A stretch of DNA of 64,000 bases, counting the filler, from Stramenopiles sp. TOSAG23-3 (Eukaryota): NCBI GenBank assembly GCA_900128585.1. It is 6 parts of 6 records of this genome, joined end to end, with 100 filler letters (N's around TTAATTAATTAA, not from the genome) between each part and the next. Parts side by side here need not be neighbours in the genome. Positions count along the whole stretch, not along the records: positions 15,105 to 30,077 come from LT642538.1; positions 30,178 to 45,122 come from LT642539.1; 4 more parts are not named here. The stretch is one strand, 5' to 3'. The notes under the pieces are model-generated. The model did no database searches. It saw only the letters and a program-made list of their open reading frames with translations, and had not been told where the DNA came from. Each line of letters begins with the position of its first letter. The first letter of the stretch is position 1. The translations under genes were made by a program, and so were the position numbers. Positions 21,400 to 30,408 of this stretch are shown here, piece by piece.

Positions 21400-21718
21400 G
21401 GGTATGAGGACGCTAAATTTAATTACTTAAATAACAGCCAATTTTCTTGTTTTTATTTAAAATATGTATCATTAGTTTTTTTGTATCTTTTTTAATAAAG
21501 CGAAAAATTTGGCTGTTATTTAAAGTTTAGGGTATGAGGACGCTAAATTTAATTATTAATACTTAAATAACAGCCAATTTTCTTGTTTTTTTTAATTTAA
21601 TTAAGTTTATTAATTTTTAATTACTTAAAAAACAGCCAATTTTCTTGTTTTTTTATAATTTAAGTTAATACAAATTTGTTTTTTGTGTATTAAAAAGTAA
21701 CAGCCAATATTCTTGTTT
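21400..21718. repeat. Array of TAACAGCCAATTTTCTTG motifs (4 direct, 1 inverted) in a convergent intergenic region
   Basis: Copies near 21423, 21560, 21621 and 21698, with an inverted copy at 21502-21523. gggtatgaggacgctaaatttaatta is duplicated at 21400 and 21530. Confidence 0.9.
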
Positions 21719-21783
21719 AAAAAAAGAAAAAGAAGGTGTCAGTTCAAGAACAATATCTCCTCCTAAATTGAAGCAATTAAACC

Positions 21784-24700
21784 CTAAACACTCTGGGTGA
21801 ACATTAGCAGCTGCGCCCTCTCTGCAGCATCGCTGACGCTATCTTTTCTGTCGCCAAAGTCAACAATGACATTTTGGCCCACAATGTTATTCAGTTTTGA
21901 AAGATTGTGCACTAACCAGCGAAACCATTCTGTCTCGGCTGACCCGGGCGTAGTTTCTGATGACAACTCGTCTTTGATCTTATTAATCCCGTCTTCACTC
22001 AGCGCATTTCTCAATACAACCAAAGCGTTCTGGACCTTTTGCATTTCAGACAGCTCGGCCTCTTCAATCAGTTCCAATCCCGATAGAGACAGTTGTCGAC
22101 TCAATCTCCTTGGGCTTTCCGTAATAGAAGCCCTCGTTTCTTCCAGTTTTTGCTCCAACTCGTCTTCATGGGAGATACTGCCCATTGCAACCGAGCGTAA
22201 GTACTTCTCTGTCTCAGCACCGGTTTCCTTTACCATGCCTGCAAATTCGCTGTACTTTGGGTTTGTCAACAATTCTTTGGGGGTGTCAAATTCAAGTGCT
22301 TTTCCATTGTCGAGCACGAGAACTCTATCTGAATCAATGATGGTATCCAAGCGGTGGGCAATTGTAAGGGTCGAACAGTGCGAAAACGACTTTCTTATTG
22401 TTGCTTGAATTAAATGGTCAGTTTCAACGTCGACCGCGGCCGTGGCTTCGTCTAGAACTAGAATCTTGCTGTTCTTCAATAGTGCACGAGCCAGACAGAT
22501 AAGCTGACGCTGCCCGACAGAGAAGTTACTACCATTTTCTTCCACAATCATGTCCAGCCCCATTCCGCTGTCCATAATGCATTTCTTCATGTGGGCATTT
22601 TCCAAAGCTCTCCATACTTCAGCGTCCGAATATTTGTCGAATGGGTCCAAGTTGAATCGTGCAGTTCCGACAAATAACACAGGTTCCTGCGGAATAATTG
22701 AAATGCTATCTCGCAGCAGTTTCAAGCCGACCGAAGAGATGTCGACGCCATCAATGGATATACTTCCCGCGCCATCATCACGCTCCACAATACGGAATAG
22801 GGTCAAAAACAGCGACGACTTGCCGGCACCGGTTCGGCCTACTAGACCAACTTTTTCCATCGGTTTTATATCAAACGACAACCCCTTTAGCACAGGCGGT
22901 AAATCCGTCCTGTACCGTGCAACGACTTCCCTGTACTCGATTTTACCTTCCTGTGGCCACTTCCCCTCGAGCAAATTGTCGTTGACGTCCGCCTTTGGGC
23001 GCTCCTGCTCCACATCGCTGTATTCTTTGATACGTTCCACGGCGTTGAAGGAATTTTCCGCGAGGCTCGTAAGCCGTACCAGCATGTTCAAAAGGCTCGT
23101 GATTTGCAGGGCAAACGAGAGTTGCATTCCTGCAGCACTCGCGTCAATCTGTTGATAACCAACGACGACAAATAAACAGGAGAAAAACACCAGGCTGCCC
23201 CCTAAAAATTCCAACCGGACAGAAAGCCAGCGGTTGGCGCTGAACTGTGCCAGATTCATCCTCAAGTGAGAGTTTAGCTTTAATCCTAGGGAATTGTTTA
23301 CCTCTTTCGCTCTTTTGTAAGCCCGAATGTTCGCTATTCCATGTAAGCACTCCGAAAAATGAGCATATATCGGCGACCTTGTGGTTGCATCGAGTCGCTT
23401 CAACTCTCGGCTCGTTTCCTGAAAGTACCGTTGAACAAAGAAAAACACGCACATCACGGGGACGAATGTTAGCAATGTATATGGTGTCTGCATGCCAATA
23501 ATAACAAGAGTCCCAGACAGTTGCACGACACTACGAAGCACAAGTGAGGTGAACATGATCATATACTTGTCGATATCAGAGATATCTTTCGTAAACCTGT
23601 TAATTATCCGCCCGTGAGGGTTCGCGTGAAAAAAGGACATCGGCGCCCTGAGCAAACTTGAAACCATATTTGTGTGCATCACCTTTGAGCCTTTCATACC
23701 TGCCACTGACATGCCGTACTGGGTAACGAGGGCAACAAGCGTCTGGCAGAAGGAAAAGAAGGCGAAGAGACCCAAATATACGCTGAGGTAAGATGTGGTC
23801 CCATTTAACCCAAATTCATCGGAGGACCAGAACTTCAACCAGTAGGAGCTCACCAGCCTAAAAATTTCCGCCAAGAGATAGGAAAATAACAATGAGAACA
23901 CAACACACTTACCCCCCACTGCTGAAATGTACGCATTAATTGTGTCCCACGAGACGTTGCCTTTTCGTCGCGTTTCTTTCTTGATCAACTTGGCAACAGC
24001 CTCATTCTTTTTCTGCTCTGAGGCTTTTTTCGTTTCTCCGTTGCTGTTTTCTTCCCCATCAGCGTTCGTCTCCGCTTCCACGTCATTGGCGTCGATTTCG
24101 TTCGCATCTCCAATATTTTGCATCATGGAACGAAAGTCGCTCGATGATTCCAACAGCTCTTTGTACGTGCCTTTCGCGCCTATTTGTTGCTCACTCATCA
24201 GTATGATAGCGTCGGAGCTAGAAATAAACTCCACTCGGTTCGTGACCAAAATAATGGTTTTGCTCTTCAGATGGCCACGGATGCACATGTCAAACACTTC
24301 CCTTGCCACTTTAGCGTCTAGAGCGGACAGCGGATCGTCAAACAAGTATACGTCGGCGTCCGCGTAAACCGCGCGCGCAATGCTCAACCTTTGCCGTTGA
24401 CCGCCGGACAAGTTTACACCCTTTTCGCCTATCTCCGTCGAGTCCCCAGCAGGCATGAGCTCAAGATCCCGGGTCATTCTGGCAACGTGTACGGCTTTGT
24501 TGTACCGCACTTCGTCGTATGGCAAACCAAACAAGATGTTTTCTCGCAAAGTAGCATTAAAGACCCAGCTTTCTTGCGGCACGTACGCGATAGATCCGTA
24601 AATTCTTGCGGCATCTGGGTGCCCGGAGATGCATGGGAGTTCGCCCAGCATTGCGCTAAGCATTGTCGATTTTCCTTGGCCAGTGCCGCCAATAATGCTC

Positions 24701-26706
24701 ACAAACTGCCCGGGGGAGATATCAATACCTGCTTTGCTTAGCGAAGAGTCCGTTTGGTCAATGTTCCATGCAAACTCGGCCTTGGGGTGGATGGAAACGG
24801 CTGGCGTGTTTTCTTTCCCCTCTGGCAACGCATGGAAGGGAGTTTCTTCCAGCACGTCTGCCATCAAGAAATCCTCGAGGCGTTTAACCATTACCTGGGC
24901 ATTCGCGATCATGTTGATAACGGAGGGTAACTGAATCAGTGGGTAGCGCAGTACTGCAAAGTAGGCGATTGAAGTGAATGCTTTCTCTGCATCCATCTCC
25001 CCTATCCAGATTGAGTAGACGGCAAACGTTACCACGGTAACAAGTATGGGAATAGCGGTTATAAAGAACGAATTCCAAATCTGCAACATTTTGCCTTTCC
25101 AGAGAAGATCGAGTTCTTCTGTTCTGACCTTTTGGACACGGTCTTCAAAGGAGTCCTCCCATGCGTACATTTTTACAACATTCATATTCCCGAACAGTTC
25201 ATTTTGGTACTTTAACCGTTCGTCTGTAGTTTTTGCGCTCGCCCGAAATATTTTCATAGATTTGCCAATGAATGATTTCTGCACCGGAACCGAGCCTGCA
25301 AGCATGACCACCCCAACAAATGTAGCCCACTGGAGTTGCCCGTACAGCAACACAAGGGCAACAACAATACGCACCGGAGCAGACCATGCATTCCAGAGCC
25401 CTTGGGTCGCCTGCTGCAGGCCTTCGGAGTCGCTGCTCATTAAGTTTACCATTTTCCCCGCGGAACGACCATGGCGGCCCTTTGCACTGAGCGACATTGC
25501 CGTTTTGAAAATAGAAGATATCAGAACCGAGCGTACGTGGAGGCCTGTAGACATTATTCGCTGAAAGTATTGGTTCTCTGCCAGAGCCCCGATGAGCTGG
25601 CCGAGGAAGATGCAAACTGCATACAAGTAGCCCACGGACTGGTCAATAGGGTTTGCAGACTTTTGGCTTGCAATAAACTGGATGAACAGCCCAATAAATA
25701 TAGGTCCCACGAACTGCGCCGCATCGTTGAACAATTTGAAACACCCTGCAATCAGAAAATCTTTCAAGTATGTCCTTCTGAGCGCTCTGAGAAGCGAGGG
25801 TTTGTCTGCGTTCGTCTCCTTTTCCCAATGCGTTAAGAACTGGTTGCTGAGAAATTTTGCGCTTTGGGTCTTGGGTAGCATCCACACGTCTTCCCTGTCT
25901 AAAGGGCGCTTATGTCCCAACGTCATCAACGGGTTCAACCACGAAAACGTATACCTAGACAAGCACGACGAGCGTTGCTCTGGGCATGTTTCCCCAGTGA
26001 GATCCTCTTTCTCTTGGTCATCGGCGCCATCGTCTAGCTCGCTTCTCCCCGCTAGTTTGGTGAACTGTGAGTCTGCTGGGACATAAAACAATGCCAACAG
26101 GCCGATGACCGCCACGCAAACATAGCGCACCAAGAAAACGCCGAAAAAGAAGTCTGTGGCCGCGTTGGAATCATTTCCGGTCTCGTATAGCTCGGTCAAA
26201 AAGTAAAGTTTGACCGTGTGGCCTGCGAGCTGCAGCAGGACGGCAAAGTTTAGGTGCCAGGCGGTCCGGAGTTCCATCGCATCCAGCTCTTTGGCAAAAA
26301 GTCCCCCCAGAAATACAAATGACACCAAACCTAGGGCAAACGATACGTACTCGAATGGCGCCAACACGTTTTGCGTCGCGCCGATTCGACCACTGAGCTG
26401 GATAAGGGAGACCACGGCGGCGAGGAAAGCCAGGAAGATTTTGACAATCTGTACCAGTTTCGTGGAGCCTTTCATGGAGTACTTTGCAAACTTTGGGGAA
26501 CACAAAAAGTACAAACGAAGCAGACCGAAAAAGATCATACAAATATCACTGCCACCGATGACAACAACATCGTTAAAACAAGGCGAAAACTCCCTCAGGC
26601 TAAAGGATATTCCCCGCTGCTTTGCAGAACCAAGGTCGGAATAACTGTCAACGGCACAAAATGTGTCAATGAACGTCCCGGAGGAAGTGACTGTCCCGTT
26701 CGACAT
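21784..26706 (-). CDS. ABC transporter C family (MRP-like, long form with TMD0)
   Basis: NBD1 has GGTGQGKS, LSGGQ and YLFDD. NBD2 has GRTGAGKS, FSVGQ and LVLDEATA. Two TMDs plus an N-terminal TMD0. Likely ATG at 26706. Confidence 0.96.
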   Translation of the reverse strand: MSNGTVTSSGTFIDTFCAVDSYSDLGSAKQRGISFSLREFSPCFNDVVVIGGSDICMIFFGLLRLYFLCSPKFAKYSMKGSTKLVQIVKIFLAFLAAVVSLIQLSGRIGATQNVLAPFEYVSFALGLVSFVFLGGLFAKELDAMELRTAWHLNFAVLLQLAGHTVKLYFLTELYETGNDSNAATDFFFGVFLVRYVCVAVIGLLALFYVPADSQFTKLAGRSELDDGADDQEKEDLTGETCPEQRSSCLSRYTFSWLNPLMTLGHKRPLDREDVWMLPKTQSAKFLSNQFLTHWEKETNADKPSLLRALRRTYLKDFLIAGCFKLFNDAAQFVGPIFIGLFIQFIASQKSANPIDQSVGYLYAVCIFLGQLIGALAENQYFQRIMSTGLHVRSVLISSIFKTAMSLSAKGRHGRSAGKMVNLMSSDSEGLQQATQGLWNAWSAPVRIVVALVLLYGQLQWATFVGVVMLAGSVPVQKSFIGKSMKIFRASAKTTDERLKYQNELFGNMNVVKMYAWEDSFEDRVQKVRTEELDLLWKGKMLQIWNSFFITAIPILVTVVTFAVYSIWIGEMDAEKAFTSIAYFAVLRYPLIQLPSVINMIANAQVMVKRLEDFLMADVLEETPFHALPEGKENTPAVSIHPKAEFAWNIDQTDSSLSKAGIDISPGQFVSIIGGTGQGKSTMLSAMLGELPCISGHPDAARIYGSIAYVPQESWVFNATLRENILFGLPYDEVRYNKAVHVARMTRDLELMPAGDSTEIGEKGVNLSGGQRQRLSIARAVYADADVYLFDDPLSALDAKVAREVFDMCIRGHLKSKTIILVTNRVEFISSSDAIILMSEQQIGAKGTYKELLESSSDFRSMMQNIGDANEIDANDVEAETNADGEENSNGETKKASEQKKNEAVAKLIKKETRRKGNVSWDTINAYISAVGGKCVVFSLLFSYLLAEIFRLVSSYWLKFWSSDEFGLNGTTSYLSVYLGLFAFFSFCQTLVALVTQYGMSVAGMKGSKVMHTNMVSSLLRAPMSFFHANPHGRIINRFTKDISDIDKYMIMFTSLVLRSVVQLSGTLVIIGMQTPYTLLTFVPVMCVFFFVQRYFQETSRELKRLDATTRSPIYAHFSECLHGIANIRAYKRAKEVNNSLGLKLNSHLRMNLAQFSANRWLSVRLEFLGGSLVFFSCLFVVVGYQQIDASAAGMQLSFALQITSLLNMLVRLTSLAENSFNAVERIKEYSDVEQERPKADVNDNLLEGKWPQEGKIEYREVVARYRTDLPPVLKGLSFDIKPMEKVGLVGRTGAGKSSLFLTLFRIVERDDGAGSISIDGVDISSVGLKLLRDSISIIPQEPVLFVGTARFNLDPFDKYSDAEVWRALENAHMKKCIMDSGMGLDMIVEENGSNFSVGQRQLICLARALLKNSKILVLDEATAAVDVETDHLIQATIRKSFSHCSTLTIAHRLDTIIDSDRVLVLDNGKALEFDTPKELLTNPKYSEFAGMVKETGAETEKYLRSVAMGSISHEDELEQKLEETRASITESPRRLSRQLSLSGLELIEEAELSEMQKVQNALVVLRNALSEDGINKIKDELSSETTPGSAETEWFRWLVHNLSKLNNIVGQNVIVDFGDRKDSVSDAAERAQLLMFTQSV

Positions 26707-27780
26707 TGTAAGACGATTTAAAGAAGTAAAAACTCGCAGGGCCTTATAGAAGCGCAATATGAAAACTATGATAAAGTTCAATGCCGTTGTTTAATTGCAT
26801 TCTTCGATTCATTCCATTTTCTTCCAATTAGAAAAAAAAATGAAAAACAAAATATCCGCATATTTTAATACATAGACTACTAGTCTCTATATAAATATAT
26901 CTTCTCAACATTCTTTTTAGAAGAACGAAGCTCTAATAATATAAAAAGAAGTGGGAAAAGATCCGTCCTCCGCCTCCTCCTCCTCCGTCCGGATCTTTTT
27001 TTTTTCTTCTTCTTTCTTCAGCAAAAAAAAACAAGGAGCCAGTTTGTATTAATACTATAATTGGTAATAATACAGTGCGTATTCAATTCTTGTCCAAAAA
27101 AAATATTCACTTCTTGTCCCTTTTTTTCTTGAGATTTTTCTGGATGCTATTCCCACTGTAGAATAAACGATTGCATTTGGCAAATGATTGCTTAATGGTG
27201 CTATTTCCTTCCTATGTGCTATTTCCCCATTGAATATTCACAGGTGCTATTTCCCTTGATTCGATTTGGGACAATAAGTGAATACATTAACATAGCATCT
27301 AACCCAAATTTAAGGAATTATAAAAAATACTTAGTAAAATTATATTTTTATGATTAGTGGTGGAGGGTGGATGGAGTTGAACGAATAATTTGCACAATCA
27401 CGATGATGATCTTGTTATATTTTTATTATATTAATAATTATTAATATTGGTGTATTGGTGGTGGTGGTAGAAAAGCAAAAAGTAAAATTATAATTTTCCC
27501 TGAGAGTTAATTTCTAATGCTATTCTCATATAAATCACATTATAAAGAAAATCTCGTCAATTATTTTTGAATTTAAAAAAATTTTGTCAACAAAAAAAAT
27601 ACAAACGAATTGTACTTTCTACATCCGAGTTACAAAAAGTTGCATGCAAAATGTATAGTGATTCGTATAATTTTGAAATAGAAAAAATCATCAATTGGAA
27701 TGGATTGTTAAGTATCAAATATTTTAAATTAGTGTTGTAATACACTTATATTTATTTACTTGTCATTGTTGCTGCTAAAT

Positions 27781-29088
27781 TTAGAGAAGGCTCCTGACGC
27801 CATACCCAATGCTCACAACAGTCGCAGACGCTACCAACGAAATCAGCTGTGATACACGGTGATGATCGACACGTAACCCAAACATTATCGTTCCACGTAA
27901 ATCATGCATGTTGTGAAGATAATAATGAAAATCTTTGAGTGTCGGGAAACCATACATCTTTGTGGCTTTTAACGATATCAGAGGCCCATTGAAATGTTCC
28001 CGGGTTACCGCTTCCCATCGACGGCTGCTTGCCACTTGAGACCACAATATATTCACCATATAACTCCAAAAAATAAGAGACATCAAAATACCAATAACGA
28101 CCCGCGCAGTCTTTGATTCTCGAGTCTCATTTTCCGCACTGTACACTATTGTTACGAGTGACAAAATTCCAGAACCGGCCAAGCTCACTTGCAAGCGAGT
28201 TTCTGCAGAGAGGGGCGAATCTATGCTTCTGTCCAAAAACTGTACTTTCCGGATGAGCGAGAAATTCTTGTGCAGTCGTTCCAGTTTTTCAGCCTTGGCA
28301 TTTGCTGCCTCACACTCATCGCCACTCTGTCCAATGTCTGTTTCCTCTTCCATCAATTGCTCTCGTAGGGCAAATGCGTACGTGTCAACTGTCTGCACCA
28401 CATATGGAAATACAGTTATTAGACTGTTGAGCAGGACTTGGGAGTTGTAATACCACGGGTGAATGTTATACAAAAGGAATATAACATACATCAGTATTAG
28501 TACGGTGCCTACAACAGCGTTTTCGCTAGCTTCTATTAATGGCCACAGGGCAAAATACCCAAGGACCGACACAACAATTACCCAGAATCCACCATTTGCA
28601 ACCTGGGCAGATAAGTTGGTTTTCACCATCTTCTCGAGGCTACGTTGAAATGGGTACACGTTGACATCTGCCGACTCAATCAAATTTTTCAAGGTTACGA
28701 GCGAGAGTGGTACAAGCGAAATCATTGAAGCTACACATGCTGCCGTGGCCCAAATTGGTACCCCGAATTCAACGAAAGAGAGACCAAGAAGCACACCAAA
28801 AGAGATCTGCCCCAACCATAGGGTGGCGTACAAAATTCGTGACCACAACGTCGCAACCTCTGAGGTTAGGCCCGCTTTCTTTGCCACCGTGAATACCCTA
28901 GGCATTCGCTCTCGTAAAACGGACAGATTTGTCTTTTGCAGGAGCAATGCTCGCAACTCATCACACGGTTTCTTCAGCAGACCGTATATTTCACTGTTAA
29001 CGTTAAGCGAAAGCTTGTCTCTTAGCTTGGGATCCTGGCCATTTGGGTGTTCTCCAGTGGTTGCCTCCACGCAGTACTTGTTGGACAT
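27781..29088 (-). CDS. Seven-TM protein, candidate 7TM ion channel (insect OR/GR, GRL, DUF3537 superfamily)
   Basis: Seven hydrophobic segments, a long TM4-TM5 loop, and C-terminal YLHN...GTIMFGLRVD before the last helix. The CDS is well supported; the family call is inference. Confidence 0.6.
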   Translation of the reverse strand: MSNKYCVEATTGEHPNGQDPKLRDKLSLNVNSEIYGLLKKPCDELRALLLQKTNLSVLRERMPRVFTVAKKAGLTSEVATLWSRILYATLWLGQISFGVLLGLSFVEFGVPIWATAACVASMISLVPLSLVTLKNLIESADVNVYPFQRSLEKMVKTNLSAQVANGGFWVIVVSVLGYFALWPLIEASENAVVGTVLILMYVIFLLYNIHPWYYNSQVLLNSLITVFPYVVQTVDTYAFALREQLMEEETDIGQSGDECEAANAKAEKLERLHKNFSLIRKVQFLDRSIDSPLSAETRLQVSLAGSGILSLVTIVYSAENETRESKTARVVIGILMSLIFWSYMVNILWSQVASSRRWEAVTREHFNGPLISLKATKMYGFPTLKDFHYYLHNMHDLRGTIMFGLRVDHHRVSQLISLVASATVVSIGYGVRSLL

Positions 29089-30077
29089 AGTACTATGGTG
29101 CTAACTTGAAGAAACGGAGAGAAACAACACAATTAAATGGCGGAGACTAACTTTGAATTCGATTATTTTTCCCGTGAATTCGATTAGTTGTTTATATAGT
29201 TACAAACGCCGTGGAAGGCGAGGACCCCTGCCCAAATTTATGTTAAAAGTATAATTTGCTTGATCAGTAAATTTAAGGAGGAATTTAAGAGCTGAAATGA
29301 AAATTTACCAAAATTTTGACAGCTGGGAGAGATTTTGCACATTTCATTTCTTTATTTCATTTTCGATTTCCTGGATTTATCATTTGTTCTATTTGTGTCG
29401 AAGAAAACATGCTTTTTCGTCGATTTATCCTACTACTACACACACATATTGAGTTAATTTTTAAAGTATTGTAGTGTCTAAGTATATTTTAGATAGGATA
29501 TATATTGATAGGTTATTCATATTTGTAGTGTTCAAGTAAGTTGTTAAAAAATCAAAGAAATGTGTAAAAAATTCTCTCCTCACTCCTCACCTCTCCAACT
29601 GGGCTCTCACCTCTATACTACACTGTATTTTGTTTACCGAAATATGATATAGATTGTTATACTCGGTAGAATATTAATATTGGTTCCATTTCCTACGTTC
29701 AGAAGCCTATTGCTGCTATACCGCATCTACTGAATTTCCATGCCTTTACATCATGGTATGCTATATACATGCTAAAAATAAATTACCTTGTCAATAAATA
29801 ACATTTCTTCCTGAAGGGACAAAATCTTTAAAATCCTTAATCAAAGAAAGACCCGTCGAGGGTCGAGGGCTGCTTGCTTGGAAACTTGGAAACTGGGACG
29901 GAGACCGTTATTTATCTCAAAATGGAATCAGAGTTTCAAAAATGATACTGTGTACCTATACTATTAATAATATTTGGGTATTATTTTTTTTATAAAAATA
30001 ATAAAATTTCAATACTGTATTATTATTATTAATATAAACTAATATAACAAGGAGGAGGAGGAGTGAGGAGAGAATTT

Positions 30078-30177
30078 NNNNNNNNNNNNNNNNNNNNNNN
30101 NNNNNNNNNNNNNNNNNNNNNTTAATTAATTAANNNNNNNNNNNNNNNNNNNNNNNNNNNNNNNNNNNNNNNNNNNN
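30078..30177. other. Artificial contig-joining linker
   Basis: N44-TTAATTAATTAA-N44. Confidence 0.97.
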
Positions 30178-30408
30178 CTTCGTTTGAAATAGTTAACACA
30201 AAGTTGTTTACCATTTTTCAATTCCGCGCCAAAGATACTTGCATCCTTGCTCTCGTCGCAACGTCTCCCTAGAAAAAATAATAGAATCATAGTACTAGTA
30301 TCGAAGTAGAATACTAACAAATGTAATTATTTTTACCTATATTAATTATTCCCAAAAACGACCCCGAAGTATTCTGAACAACTCTCTTTTTCGAAAGCGC
30401 ACCCAGTA

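Noticed and set aside
21400-21718. Repeat-spacer appearance suggesting a CRISPR array
   Set aside because: Irregular spacing, low-complexity AT spacers, one inverted copy, eukaryotic context and no cas genes.
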